Source: Methylococcales bacterium (GTDB taxonomy: Bacteria; Pseudomonadota; Gammaproteobacteria; Methylococcales; Methylomonadaceae). From it: 64,000 nt of DNA. Under the pieces are notes generated by a model, which was not told the DNA's origin, ran no database searches, and worked only from the letters and a program-made list of their open reading frames with translations. A program made the translations under genes and the position numbers. The stretch lies in contig JAPLRS010000037.1 of NCBI GenBank assembly GCA_026399015.1, positions 17,506 through 81,505 on the forward strand, given 5' to 3'. This document shows, piece after piece, positions 34,204 to 44,289 of this stretch (its first letter is position 1; each line of letters opens with the position of its first letter).

Positions 34204-35598
34204 TTAAGAATGATAAGCTGACTCACCATGCTCAGCAATATCCAAACCTTCACGCTCCGCTTCTTCACTTACTCTTAAGCCCATTACTATATCAATTAGT
34301 TTAAAAGCAACAAAAGAAACAACTGCAGACCAAACTATGCAGGTACCAACACCCCAAGCTTGGCTGATTAGCTGTGTAGTCATACTGTATTCAGCAACGC
34401 CATTAGCCACATAATCCCAAACACCAGTACCACCTAATGCAGGATCAGCAACAACTGCCGTGCCTAAGGCACCGATAATACCGCCAATACCATGTACACC
34501 AAAAGAATCCAAAGAGTCATCATATCCTAAGATATTTTTTAAGCTAGTTACGGCAATAAAACATGCTACACCGGCCACTAACCCTAGGACGATAGAACCC
34601 ATTGGTCCAGCCCAGCCACACGCAGGAGTAATTGCAACTAGACCTGCAATCGCACCAGAAGCGCCACCTAACATACTTGGTTTACCACGAATAACCCACT
34701 CAGCGCCACTCCATGCAAGCGTAGCAGCAGCACTCGCTAACAAAGTATTTACAAAAACTAAAGCAGAAAGACCGTTAGCCTCTAAATTTGAACCAACGTT
34801 AAAGCCAAACCAACCTACCCATAATAATGAAGCACCAATCATTGTCATAGTCACACTATGAGGTGCTAAAGATTCTTTTTTATATCCAAGACGCTTTCCA
34901 ACAATTAAACAACCGATCAAGCCAGCAATACCCGCGTTGATATGCACAACAGTACCACCTGCAAAATCCAACGCACCTTTTTGGAATAAGAAACCAGCCG
35001 TTGCTCCAGCTGCTGCACCTGCATCCGCATTAGTATAAGCATCTGGACCCGCCCAATACCAAACCATGTGTGCCATAGGTAAGTAAGCGAATGTAAACCA
35101 AATCAACATAAAAACCAAAATAGCAGAGAACTTAACTCGCTCAGCAAATGCACCAATAATCAAAGCAGGAGTAATACCTGCAAAAGTTAATTGAAATGCA
35201 ACATAGATATATTCTGGAATATATACACCCTTCGAGAAGGTAGCGGCCATTGAATCTGGAGTAATACCTGCCAAGAACAATTTACTGAACCCACCAATAA
35301 AAGGACTACCTTCAGTAAACGCAAGACTATAACCATAAAGAGCCCAAAGCACAGCCATCATGGAAAAAATAATAAAAACCTGCATCAAAATAGATAGCAT
35401 ATTTTTGGCGCGAACCATACCGCCATAAAATAACGCTAAACCAGGAATAACCATAAGAATGACTAAGACTGTTGCTACAATCATCCAAGCCATATCACCT
35501 TTATTTATAGTGGGAGCAACCACTTCTCCATCTGCTAAAGCAAAGCCAGCAAAACTTAATAAAGCAACAAAAATAAAACTACTTAATAACTGTTTCAT
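34204..35598 (-). CDS. amtB: Ammonium transporter
   Basis: DFAGGTVVHINAG, WFGFN, FGVHG. Confidence 0.97.
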   Translation of the reverse strand: MKQLLSSFIFVALLSFAGFALADGEVVAPTINKGDMAWMIVATVLVILMVIPGLALFYGGMVRAKNMLSILMQVFIIFSMMAVLWALYGYSLAFTEGSPFIGGFSKLFLAGITPDSMAATFSKGVYIPEYIYVAFQLTFAGITPALIIGAFAERVKFSAILVFMLIWFTFAYLPMAHMVWYWAGPDAYTNADAGAAAGATAGFLFQKGALDFAGGTVVHINAGIAGLIGCLIVGKRLGYKKESLAPHSVTMTMIGASLLWVGWFGFNVGSNLEANGLSALVFVNTLLASAAATLAWSGAEWVIRGKPSMLGGASGAIAGLVAITPACGWAGPMGSIVLGLVAGVACFIAVTSLKNILGYDDSLDSFGVHGIGGIIGALGTAVVADPALGGTGVWDYVANGVAEYSMTTQLISQAWGVGTCIVWSAVVSFVAFKLIDIVMGLRVSEEAEREGLDIAEHGESAYHS

Positions 35599-35616
35599 AT
35601 TTCACCTGTATCTATA

Positions 35617-35982
<366 letters not shown>

Positions 35983-35996
35983 TCAAGATTACTTAA

Positions 35997-36012
35997 AGCA
36001 GAGATTGTGCCA
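35997..36012 (-). promoter_or_regulatory. Sigma54 promoter of glnK-amtB
   Basis: TGGCACAATCTCTGCT (GG-N10-GC). Confidence 0.85.
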
Positions 36013-36141
36013 AGTTTAATTTTATTGAGTAATTACCTGAATAACAGCCATATTAATCACAATATTAGTGCAGTTTATATAGATAATTATCGCTTACAGA
36101 CCCTAAATAAAATCAAAAGCAAAGACAAGTCCCCTCTTGAT

Positions 36142-36202
36142 TGCACCATATCAGAGCAACAAGCCTAAAATGGAACAAGAAAGTGCGCACCAAATAAGAA
36201 CA
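36142..36202. promoter_or_regulatory. NtrC-like enhancer sites
   Basis: TGCACCATATCAGAGCA at 36142 and CGCACCAAATAAGAACA at 36186 versus TGCACC-N5-GGTGCA. Confidence 0.65.
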
Positions 36203-36326
36203 GATAGAATTTTGTGAAAATAGCAGTTACTAAAACTAGGCAAAATCTAAAATTACCTATCGTAACTGCTATATAAGAAAGAAAGGATGAAAATGGATGA
36301 ATGATCAAACTGGGCGTTGAAGCGAA

Positions 36327-37745
36327 TTATTCCTCTTCAATACCCAATTCTTTAATTTTACGAGTAAGTGTATTTCGACCATAGCCCAATAAAATTGAGG
36401 CCTCATGACGACGACCATTGGTGTAATCCAAAGCAGCTTTAATTAAAATAGCCTCAACAGCAGGAATAGTTTGTTTTGCAACCTCCGGTTCTTTAATAAG
36501 AAGCTGATGATCCACCCACTGTCTTAATAGGGATTCCCAATCAGTGACAGAGGTTTCTTTCTCAACCGGAGTGCTTAACAACTCTGTAGGCAAGTCATGA
36601 AGGTGTATCTCCCTGCTTGAAGCCATAACAGTTAACCATCGACAACTATTCTCTAACTGCCTAACGTTACCTGGCCATTCTAAACTACTTAAATAAGTAT
36701 CTACCTCGGGCTTCAATATTTTGTTTTCTACACCCAACTCTGTAGCGGCTTGCTGTAAAAAATGTTTCAGCAACAAAGGAATATCTTGTTTCCGCTCGCG
36801 CAAAGCCGGAATCTGAATGCGAATAACATTAAGCCGATGAAATAAATCTTCTCTAAATCGACCTTGCTCAACCAGAGTTTCAAGATTCTGATGAGTAGCT
36901 GCAATAATACGCACATCAACTTTTATGGGTAAATGCGCGCCAACCGGATAAAACTCACCATCCGCCAAGACTCTTAATAAGCGGGTTTGCAATTCTGCAG
37001 GCATATCTCCAATTTCATCTAAAAAAAGCGTTCCACCGTTTGCTTGCTCAAAACGGCCTGAACGCCGAGCTTGAGCACCAGTAAACGCACCCTTTTCATG
37101 ACCAAATAACTCAGACTCCATTAAATCTTTTGGAATTGCTGCCATGTTTAAAGCTATAAAAGGATTTTTTGATCGCGGACTATGACGATGCAGGGCTTTT
37201 GCGACCAACTCTTTACCCGTACCAGATTCACCATTAATTAATACAGTTATATGAGAACGAGCTAATCTACCTATGGCTCGAAACACTTCCTGCATGGCAG
37301 GCGCTTCACCTATTATCTCGGGCGTTGGTTGAATTGCAGGAATACCAGACCTGGAGGCATCCTCTAGTAATTGCCTGCCATGCAGACAGGCCCTCTGGGC
37401 CAGACTAACAACCTCTTTAATATCAAATGGTTTAGGTAAATACTCAAAAGCCCCGCCATGAAAAGCCGACACAGCACTTTCTAAATCCGAATGGGCCGTC
37501 ATGACAATAACAGGCAAATGCGGGTGAGAAAGCTGAACTTTATCTAAAAGTTCTAACCCATCCATACCGGGCATACGAATATCAGTTATCAAAGCATCTG
37601 GCAACTCTAACTCTAAGGCACCCAACAAATCATTACCCGATGAAAATGTTCGGGTAATAATGCCGGCTTTTTGCAAAGCTTTTTCAACAACCCATCGTAT
37701 TGACTTATCATCATCGATAATCCAAACAATATCAGGCTTAGTCAT
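36327..37745 (-). CDS. ntrC: Nitrogen regulation protein NtrC
   Basis: REC domain, GESGTGKE, GAFTGA, GRNTLTRK. Confidence 0.97.
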   Translation of the reverse strand: MTKPDIVWIIDDDKSIRWVVEKALQKAGIITRTFSSGNDLLGALELELPDALITDIRMPGMDGLELLDKVQLSHPHLPVIVMTAHSDLESAVSAFHGGAFEYLPKPFDIKEVVSLAQRACLHGRQLLEDASRSGIPAIQPTPEIIGEAPAMQEVFRAIGRLARSHITVLINGESGTGKELVAKALHRHSPRSKNPFIALNMAAIPKDLMESELFGHEKGAFTGAQARRSGRFEQANGGTLFLDEIGDMPAELQTRLLRVLADGEFYPVGAHLPIKVDVRIIAATHQNLETLVEQGRFREDLFHRLNVIRIQIPALRERKQDIPLLLKHFLQQAATELGVENKILKPEVDTYLSSLEWPGNVRQLENSCRWLTVMASSREIHLHDLPTELLSTPVEKETSVTDWESLLRQWVDHQLLIKEPEVAKQTIPAVEAILIKAALDYTNGRRHEASILLGYGRNTLTRKIKELGIEEE

Positions 37746-38814
37746 GCGCTACTCCCATAGGTAAAAAAACCGAAAAGACTGTTTTACCTGGTTGGCTCTC
37801 ACACTCAATTAAACCGTTGTGTTGCGTAATTAAAGCTTGCGCGATTGATAAACCAAGCCCCGTACCTTCTGCCCGTCCTGTAATCATTGGATAAAATATT
37901 TGTGTCATCATATTTGCATCAATTCCTGGTCCACTATCTATAATGTCGCATTTAACCGCTAATTTATAACGTTTACGGCCTATATTCATGTGCCGGTAGA
38001 TGCGTGTTTTGAACATAATACTGCCCTTACCGTCCATAGCTTGTACAGCGTTTCTTGCTATATTTAAGATGGCCTGAATCAACTGGTCTTTGTCTGCATA
38101 AATATCTGGAATACTAGGATCATAATCAGACTTAAACTGTAGGCTTTTACTTGATTCAACCTGCACTAATTGTCGGACTCTTTCTAATACCTCATGAATA
38201 TTAATTATTTTTTTGTTAGGTAATTTATTAGGCCCTAACATCTTATCCAGTAAAGCTTGCAAACGATCTGACTCATTAATAATAATTTGAGTGTATTCTT
38301 TAAGCTCTGGATCACTTAACTCCAAATCCAATAATTGAGCAGCACCTCTCAACCCACCTAAAGGATTCTTTATTTCATGAGCCAAGCCTCTTACTAACAA
38401 TCTAGCCGTATTTTGTTGCGTTAATAACTGTTCTTCTTTAGAAATTCTTATATGAGTATCAACCTGTTGAAACTCAACCAATATTTCATGGACTTTTTCT
38501 TTAACCAATAGAGGTGTGGCACTAAAATTTGTTGTCACATTATTAGGCACCCTAGACAAAGTCAGCGCCCTATCAACCAAAGGTTCAGCCATTAGCAATG
38601 ATTGCTTCAAATTATTAAGTAAAGCCGGATCAGAAGTTTTAAATAACTCATCTGCGCTCTGCCCTACTAAATGATGAGCACTATCCGCGAATAAAATCTC
38701 TCCGCTAGTATTAATATAGGTTAGCACCAAGTGACGATTAAACAATAAAATTGCGGTATTAAGATGGTCCAACATTCTTTTATACATAATCTTGCTAATC
38801 ATTCCCTTTTTCAC
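37738..38814 (-). CDS. ntrB: Nitrogen regulation kinase NtrB
   Basis: LAHEIKNPLGGLRGAAQLL, DYDPSIP, GTGLGL. Confidence 0.97.
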   Translation of the reverse strand: MKKGMISKIMYKRMLDHLNTAILLFNRHLVLTYINTSGEILFADSAHHLVGQSADELFKTSDPALLNNLKQSLLMAEPLVDRALTLSRVPNNVTTNFSATPLLVKEKVHEILVEFQQVDTHIRISKEEQLLTQQNTARLLVRGLAHEIKNPLGGLRGAAQLLDLELSDPELKEYTQIIINESDRLQALLDKMLGPNKLPNKKIINIHEVLERVRQLVQVESSKSLQFKSDYDPSIPDIYADKDQLIQAILNIARNAVQAMDGKGSIMFKTRIYRHMNIGRKRYKLAVKCDIIDSGPGIDANMMTQIFYPMITGRAEGTGLGLSIAQALITQHNGLIECESQPGKTVFSVFLPMGVAHD

Positions 38815-38837
38815 ATAAAGTTTTATAAAAACTTTGA

Positions 38838-38853
38838 AGCAATTTATAGACCA
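38838..38853 (-). promoter_or_regulatory. Probable sigma54 promoter of ntrBC
   Basis: TGGTCTATAAATTGCT (GG-N10-GC); NtrC-like CGCACCAAATTAGATCA at 38907. Confidence 0.65.
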
Positions 38854-38975
38854 AGCCTTAAATTACTGAGATTTATTTAATACGCATTGACCTATACAAG
38901 CGTTAACGCACCAAATTAGATCACGCCAAATAATCAACAGCTCCAACCTAAAAGCCCCCAAATAGCATTTAGATA

Positions 38976-39128
38976 TTAATTTTTACCGTAGATTCTAAGC
39001 ACTAACGCATAAAACCATTGAGGCCTATATATCACCACAAACATTAGAAACATAGGACTAAAAGGCACCGGCCCAATCTCAATTATCGACAACAACAAAA
39101 GCATTAATACACAAAACACACGCAACAT
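38976..39128 (-). CDS. Small hydrophobic protein (about 50 aa)
   Basis: MLRVFCVLMLLLLSIIEIGPVPFSPMFLMFVVIYRPQWFYALVLRIYGKN. Confidence 0.6.
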   Translation of the reverse strand: MLRVFCVLMLLLLSIIEIGPVPFSPMFLMFVVIYRPQWFYALVLRIYGKN

Positions 39129-39154
39129 ATTAATATCCGATAAAAACAAGACAC

Positions 39155-39193
39155 AAAAAAGCCCCGCTAAATTATTCAACTTGCGGGGCTTTT
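39155..39193 (-). terminator. glnA terminator
   Basis: AAAAGCCCCGC...GCGGGGCTTTT. Confidence 0.8.
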
Positions 39194-39228
39194 AGTATAA
39201 CGCTAAGCCTGTAAAACAGGCCTAAGAA

Positions 39229-40638
39229 TTATAAACTGTAATACATATCGTATTCAGCAGGATGAGTACTCATACGTAAACGAGTTACCTCTTCCATCTT
39301 CAATGCAATATAACCATCGATTACATCATTAGTAAACACACCACCTTTTAACAAGAATTCACGGTCTGCATCTAACGCTTCTAGAGCTTGATCGAATGAA
39401 TGACAAACTTGTGGAATTAAGTTAGCTTCTTCTGCTGGTAAGTCATACAAATCTTTATCCATCGCATCGCCAGGATGAATTTTATTTTGAATACCATCTA
39501 AACCAGCCATTAACATAGCAGAGAATGCTAAGTATGGATTAGCTGTTGAGTCAGGGAAACGCACTTCAATTCGACGACCTTTTGGATTGTTTACAAAAGG
39601 AATACGAATAGAAGCTGAACGGTTACGAGCTGAGTAAGCCAACATAACAGGCGCTTCAAAACCTGGCACTAAACGTTTATAACTATTAGTTGAAGCATTA
39701 GTAAACGCATTTAAGGCTCTTGCATGCTTAATGATACCGCCGATATAGTACAACGCAGTTTCTGATAAACCACCGTATAAATCGCCAGTAAACAAGTTAA
39801 CACCATCTTTAGCTAAAGATTGGTGCACGTGCATACCACTACCGTTATCACCCACTAATGGTTTTGGCATGAAAGTCGCTGTTTTGCCATAAGCGTGTGC
39901 GATATTAGCGATAACGTATTTCAACTCTAAAACTTCGTCCGCTTTTTTAACCAAAGTGTTAAATTTAACACCGATCTCACATTGACCTGCTGTAGCAACT
40001 TCATGATGATGAACTTCTGTCACCATACCCATTTCTTCAAGAGTGGTACACATAGCTGAACGCATATCTTGAAATGAGTCGACTGGTGGCACAGGGAAAT
40101 AACCACCTTTTACACCAGGACGATGTCCGGTGTTACCATCAGCATAAACTTTTTCTGAGTTCCAACCCGCTTCCTCAGAATCAATTTTATAAAATGAACC
40201 ACTCATATCAGTGCCCCAACGAACATCGTCAAAAATGAAGAATTCATTTTCTGGACCGAAGAACGCAGTATCAGCAATACCAGTTGATTTTAAATAGTTT
40301 TCAGCACGCTTAGCTAATGAACGTGGATCGCGCTCATAACCTTGCATGTTTTTTGGCTCAATGATGTCACAACGTAAAATTAATGTATTGTCATCAAAAA
40401 ATGGATCAATTACTGCAGTTGATGGATCAGGCATTAAAATCATGTCTGATTCATTGATGTGCTTCCAACCAGCCACAGAAGAACCGTCAAACATGTTACC
40501 TTCTTCAAAGGTATCTTCATCAATTGAATGCGCAGGGAATGTTACGTGTTGTTCTTTACCACGAGTATCAACGAAACGAAAATCAACAAATTTGATATCG
40601 TTTTCTTCAATCATTTTTAATACTTTTTTTACAGCCAT
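39229..40638 (-). CDS. glnA: Glutamine synthetase type I
   Basis: FDGSS, HHHEVA, DNGSGMH, DKDLYDL; likely start MAVKKV at 40638. Confidence 0.98.
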   Translation of the reverse strand: MAVKKVLKMIEENDIKFVDFRFVDTRGKEQHVTFPAHSIDEDTFEEGNMFDGSSVAGWKHINESDMILMPDPSTAVIDPFFDDNTLILRCDIIEPKNMQGYERDPRSLAKRAENYLKSTGIADTAFFGPENEFFIFDDVRWGTDMSGSFYKIDSEEAGWNSEKVYADGNTGHRPGVKGGYFPVPPVDSFQDMRSAMCTTLEEMGMVTEVHHHEVATAGQCEIGVKFNTLVKKADEVLELKYVIANIAHAYGKTATFMPKPLVGDNGSGMHVHQSLAKDGVNLFTGDLYGGLSETALYYIGGIIKHARALNAFTNASTNSYKRLVPGFEAPVMLAYSARNRSASIRIPFVNNPKGRRIEVRFPDSTANPYLAFSAMLMAGLDGIQNKIHPGDAMDKDLYDLPAEEANLIPQVCHSFDQALEALDADREFLLKGGVFTNDVIDGYIALKMEEVTRLRMSTHPAEYDMYYSL

Positions 40639-40876
40639 CAGAGAAATCTCCTTAGTGTTGTTTATTATTATATTAGTGTGTTTTGTGCTAAACGCGCTAA
40701 AGATACCATTTTTTGACAATTTATCCACAAAAAAAACGCCCCTATCGATTTTGTTTTTCTCAAATTAACCAGGGCTAGCACATTTAACTATCGACGAACC
40801 ATAACTCAGAACAGCATTTGTTAATAAACAACAAATGTCGTTTTTTGCACAATTTTGAACCGCCAAGCCACCATTT

Positions 40877-40893
40877 TGCACCATAAACGTGCC
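40877..40893. promoter_or_regulatory. NtrC-like site between glnA and porin
   Basis: TGCACC-ATAAA-CGTGCC. Confidence 0.7.
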
Positions 40894-40954
40894 AAAAAAC
40901 CATCTACCTTTAATACAATAAGAATAAGTTATTGTTTTTAATAGATACAATTTT

Positions 40955-40970
40955 TGGCATATTTTCTGCA
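40955..40970 (+). promoter_or_regulatory. Sigma54 promoter of porin gene
   Basis: TGGCATATTTTCTGCA (GG-N10-GC); IHF-like AAACAATAACTTA (minus strand) near 40925-40937. Confidence 0.8.
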
Positions 40971-41061
40971 TACAAATAATCGAGATTAAAAGATCCACTT
41001 AATATATCGTTGTCATTTAACAACAAAACTGTTTTTTTATAAGCAATAAAGAGGAAACACT

Positions 41062-42429
41062 ATGAAACAACTATCCAAACGCAACAAGCCGATGTTAATC
41101 GCGGCTGCGAGCGGGCTTTTATCAATCACTGCAATTAATGCTGTAGCGGATGATAATTATGATTTATACGAGTCAAAAAGCGCAGTTGCTGCTTTAACTA
41201 AATATGATGTTAACGAAACTAGCTTTTTAAAGAAAAACGGTATTGTTATCAGTGGTATCGCAAATGCGGGTATTACTTACAATGGCAACGAGCCAACAAA
41301 TGGCTTTAACGGCCCAGTCACTTTCGGTGACCGCGCTAGCGAATTTCAACTTAACCAATTAAACCTAAACATTCAAAAAGCCGTAGCGACTGAAGGCAAT
41401 GAATGGTCATTCGGTGGTCGTTTAGATACCATGTTCGGTTCTGACGCTATTTTTACGCAAGCTTATGGTGTACAACCATACGACCAAAATACTTTAGCGC
41501 AATCAACTAGAAGCAACTGGGATTTAAACATCCTCAGTACAGATGGCAACCGTTTTTATGGTATTGCCTTGCCACAGGCTTACGGCGAAGTTTATGCACC
41601 TGTAGGCAACGGTTTAAATGTTAAGGTCGGTCACTTTTATACACCCATTGGTTATGAAACAGTACCTGCAAACGAAAACTTCTTCTATACCCATGCTTAC
41701 ACCATGCAATATGGCGAACCATTCACTCATACAGGCGCTTTAAGCAACTACACAATCAACTCAAACTGGTCAGCAATGGGCGGTCTAACTACCGGCAGTA
41801 ATACTGGTGGCTGGGATGGTGGTTTTGACAAACAAATGGGTAACTGGAACGGTATTGCTGGTACTACTTGGACTAGCAATGATAAAGCAACATCAGCTAA
41901 CGTGAGCGGTACTTATGGTAAAACCTCTGAGACTAGCAATAAAACTTGGGCTTTATATAGTATAGTTTTAAAACACAATATTACTGATAAAACACATTTA
42001 GTATTGCAACATGACCATGGCTTTGCAGATGGCGTTTATGGATACGGAAGCCCCACTAAAAACGTAGAATGGTATGGCATCAACTCTCATCTATATTACG
42101 ATATTAAAGATAACTTATCGATTGGTATGCGTGCAGAATGGTTTCGTGACCAAGACGGTTACCGCGTAGCTTCTTCTGGCCGTGTTTTCGCAGCAACGAA
42201 CTACAACGGACATAGCTACGCTGGCTCTCCATTAGCTACTGGAGTTGCAGCAAGCTACTACGAATTAACTTGGGGCTTAAATTGGAAACCAACTAAATGG
42301 TTAAACTTACGTCCAAACGTTCGTTACGATTGGCTAGATACAACTTCTACAGCGACACCAAATAACACCCCGTTTGGAGGTCAACAAGACCAAGTATTAT
42401 TCTCAAACGACTTTACAGTTACTTTCTAA
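41062..42429 (+). CDS. Outer-membrane beta-barrel porin (BBP2/DUF1597-like)
   Basis: Signal peptide, FQLNQL, GHFYTPIGYE, NFFYTHAY, EPFTHTG, RAEWFRD, terminal Phe. Confidence 0.85.
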   Translation: MKQLSKRNKPMLIAAASGLLSITAINAVADDNYDLYESKSAVAALTKYDVNETSFLKKNGIVISGIANAGITYNGNEPTNGFNGPVTFGDRASEFQLNQLNLNIQKAVATEGNEWSFGGRLDTMFGSDAIFTQAYGVQPYDQNTLAQSTRSNWDLNILSTDGNRFYGIALPQAYGEVYAPVGNGLNVKVGHFYTPIGYETVPANENFFYTHAYTMQYGEPFTHTGALSNYTINSNWSAMGGLTTGSNTGGWDGGFDKQMGNWNGIAGTTWTSNDKATSANVSGTYGKTSETSNKTWALYSIVLKHNITDKTHLVLQHDHGFADGVYGYGSPTKNVEWYGINSHLYYDIKDNLSIGMRAEWFRDQDGYRVASSGRVFAATNYNGHSYAGSPLATGVAASYYELTWGLNWKPTKWLNLRPNVRYDWLDTTSTATPNNTPFGGQQDQVLFSNDFTVTF

Positions 42430-42455
42430 GTCTTTAAGAATTTAAACCTGTCATT

Positions 42456-42484
42456 AAAAATGCGCCTTCGGGCGCATTTTTTTT
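42456..42484 (+). terminator. Intrinsic terminator
   Basis: AAAAATGCGCC-TTCG-GGCGCATTTTTTTT. Confidence 0.9.
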
Positions 42485-42650
42485 ATCCAAAGCCTACCAA
42501 AACTATCTAGCACCAACTTCACACCTCCACTCATCACAAATTCACTTCGACATCCTTATCTCAACTTCTTGCAGACACTCCAGTGAACATCTACAATCTC
42601 TAATATGACTTACTAAGCTATCGACAAGTCATGTCTTTATTCTTGGTAAG

Positions 42651-42791
42651 ACGCGCACAAAAAGAAAATGTAATAGATTGGCAGCTTTATAAGATGACAA
42701 AACTCAAGGTGCGAGTAATAAAGCCTTAGAACGGTTTAAAACCGGTAAAGTGTCCGCTTTAGTGGCGACTGATATTGCAGCGCGGTATTGA
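42651..42791 (+). pseudogene. DEAD-box RNA helicase (RhlE-like) fragment
   Basis: TRTKRKCNRLAAL*DDKTQGASNKALERFKTGKVSALVATDIAAR covers motifs IV-V with an internal stop and deletion. Confidence 0.8.
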
Positions 42792-42808
42792 GTTGTTGTT
42801 TTAAAACA

Positions 42809-42839
42809 CTCAGGCTTAATTTATAAGATTAAGCCTGAG
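42809..42839. terminator. 12-bp inverted repeat after the 231-aa gene
   Basis: CTCAGGCTTAAT-N7-ATTAAGCCTGAG. Confidence 0.55.
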
Positions 42840-42881
42840 ACAGTACAAACATGTTTAATAAACAGTGTTACTTAAAGTAAT

Positions 42882-43577
42882 TTAAGGCCCAACGGTTACT
42901 CTTTGTACTGCGCTATGTTCACCATTAGCTTCACCTTTATCCCAAAAGCGTAAACGGTATTCTCTGATTTCTGGTAAAAGTGGATCCAATAAAGGCCTGG
43001 TATCTAGCCAAGGTTTTAACATAGAGATTGCTAAAAACTCCCAATCACCTTGGTTACGCCGCCCATCAATAGAAACCCCATCGTGACCATATTTAGTAAA
43101 GCTAATATTAGCTTGCTCTATCAGTACTCCCCTTTCAGTTATCACTGTGAACTCAGGTGTTAAATGCTCTGTCGCATCAAGACCGCCGACAATTCCTAAA
43201 TCTAATCCGATAGATTCTGTATAACCCTTGTTTATTTTAATACGGGCAATTAAATTAAACAGCCGGGTTAAGACGCCGGGTATAGGCATTTGGCCTGGAG
43301 GAGTAATAGCCGAGTGTACTGGCAGAGTGCAAATAGGTGTACTGGGGCCATTGCCAATATTATTTTTTAACGCAGTGGCCTCAAAAGCACTTTGTTGAAT
43401 AGAAGGGTACCAAGTTTGTAAAATCCAAATATAGTAATTAATGTCGGTTATCGTTAAAGCCTGTTCTGTAGGATCGATGGTTAATTCGGTTCCATGTATT
43501 TGTAACTTAGTATTAAAATTTGATAGCCAAATAACGCGATTGGCTTCGCTTTTTGGAAAATAACTTTGGTTAATCAT
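42882..43577 (-). CDS. Hypothetical protein: helical N-domain and predicted Fn3/Ig-like C-domain
   Basis: 231-aa ORF, no signal peptide; YFP..E...WLSNF, RIK...YTESIG.DLGI, WEFLA, DTRP, REYR. Confidence 0.8.
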   Translation of the reverse strand: MINQSYFPKSEANRVIWLSNFNTKLQIHGTELTIDPTEQALTITDINYYIWILQTWYPSIQQSAFEATALKNNIGNGPSTPICTLPVHSAITPPGQMPIPGVLTRLFNLIARIKINKGYTESIGLDLGIVGGLDATEHLTPEFTVITERGVLIEQANISFTKYGHDGVSIDGRRNQGDWEFLAISMLKPWLDTRPLLDPLLPEIREYRLRFWDKGEANGEHSAVQRVTVGP

Positions 43578-43631
43578 AATAAAGCGCCCTGAATGTTAAT
43601 AAAATAGTCGATAAAACAGTCATTTTGTGAC

Positions 43632-44180
43632 TATGCTGGCATTGTGAGCAGTGTCGCTGATAGGGTTAGCAACCTTCCTGACGTTGTCAGTAATATGACT
43701 GAGCTTATTGGTATAAGTGCGGATGCTGTTAGCACCATTACTGCCTCTGTTAGGAGGGGTGATAGGGTGATGGAGCAGGCCCCTGAAGGGATTGGTAGTT
43801 TGCTGATGTTATTGATACACCTGCTCATGATGTGAGTAGGTGTGCCGATAACGTCAGGACGATCGCTAGCATTATCAGTTAGTGTGCTGACAACGCCAGA
43901 AAGAACACTGAGCATATGCGTCAACTTGCTAACAACTACAGCAATATCGCTAACCTTGTTAAGACTTACGTTTATTCTGTTAGCGAGAGTATCGGTTTCC
44001 TGGCTTACAGCTCTAACACTGCTAGGATTTACACAGCTAACTCTAGTGCTAACACCAAGGGTTCTGGCGGTACTGTAAATTATGTTAGGTTAAACACAGT
44101 CTGTTAGAGCATTAACAGTAGTACTAACCGCTAAACTAAAGAACTTGTCTGCGCTGTCAATAACGGTGCTGATGAGTTGA
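43632..44180. repeat. Degenerate 21-bp palindromic tandem array (NNN-GCTRAY-NNN-RTYAGY-NNN)
   Basis: 17 aligned units at 43632-43987 (one of 20 bp), with a decaying continuation to about 44180. Confidence 0.8.
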
Positions 44181-44289
44181 CTATATAGGGTTTTGATAAT
44201 ATAGATAGTTATTTATGCGTTAGAGTGGAAAATAAATATTCTCTGGGTATGATTTTTTGTCCTAAATATTCGCAACACTGTTTTAATTT

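Noticed and set aside
40877-40895. Sigma54 promoter for glnA (TGGCACGTTTATGGTGC on the minus strand)
   Set aside because: GG-to-GC spacing is 12, not 10; it fits an NtrC dyad better.
42485-42640. C/A-skewed stretch after the porin terminator
   Set aside because: No ORF, periodicity or convincing structure beyond a 7-bp inverted repeat.
43631-44107. Four short overlapping ORFs (97, 63, 78 and 63 aa) as real genes
   Set aside because: They are by-products of the palindromic repeat, which confines most stops to one frame per strand; none spans the array.
43632-44180. CRISPR array interpretation of the 21-bp repeat
   Set aside because: No identical repeats, no 30-40 nt unique spacers and no cas genes in the window.
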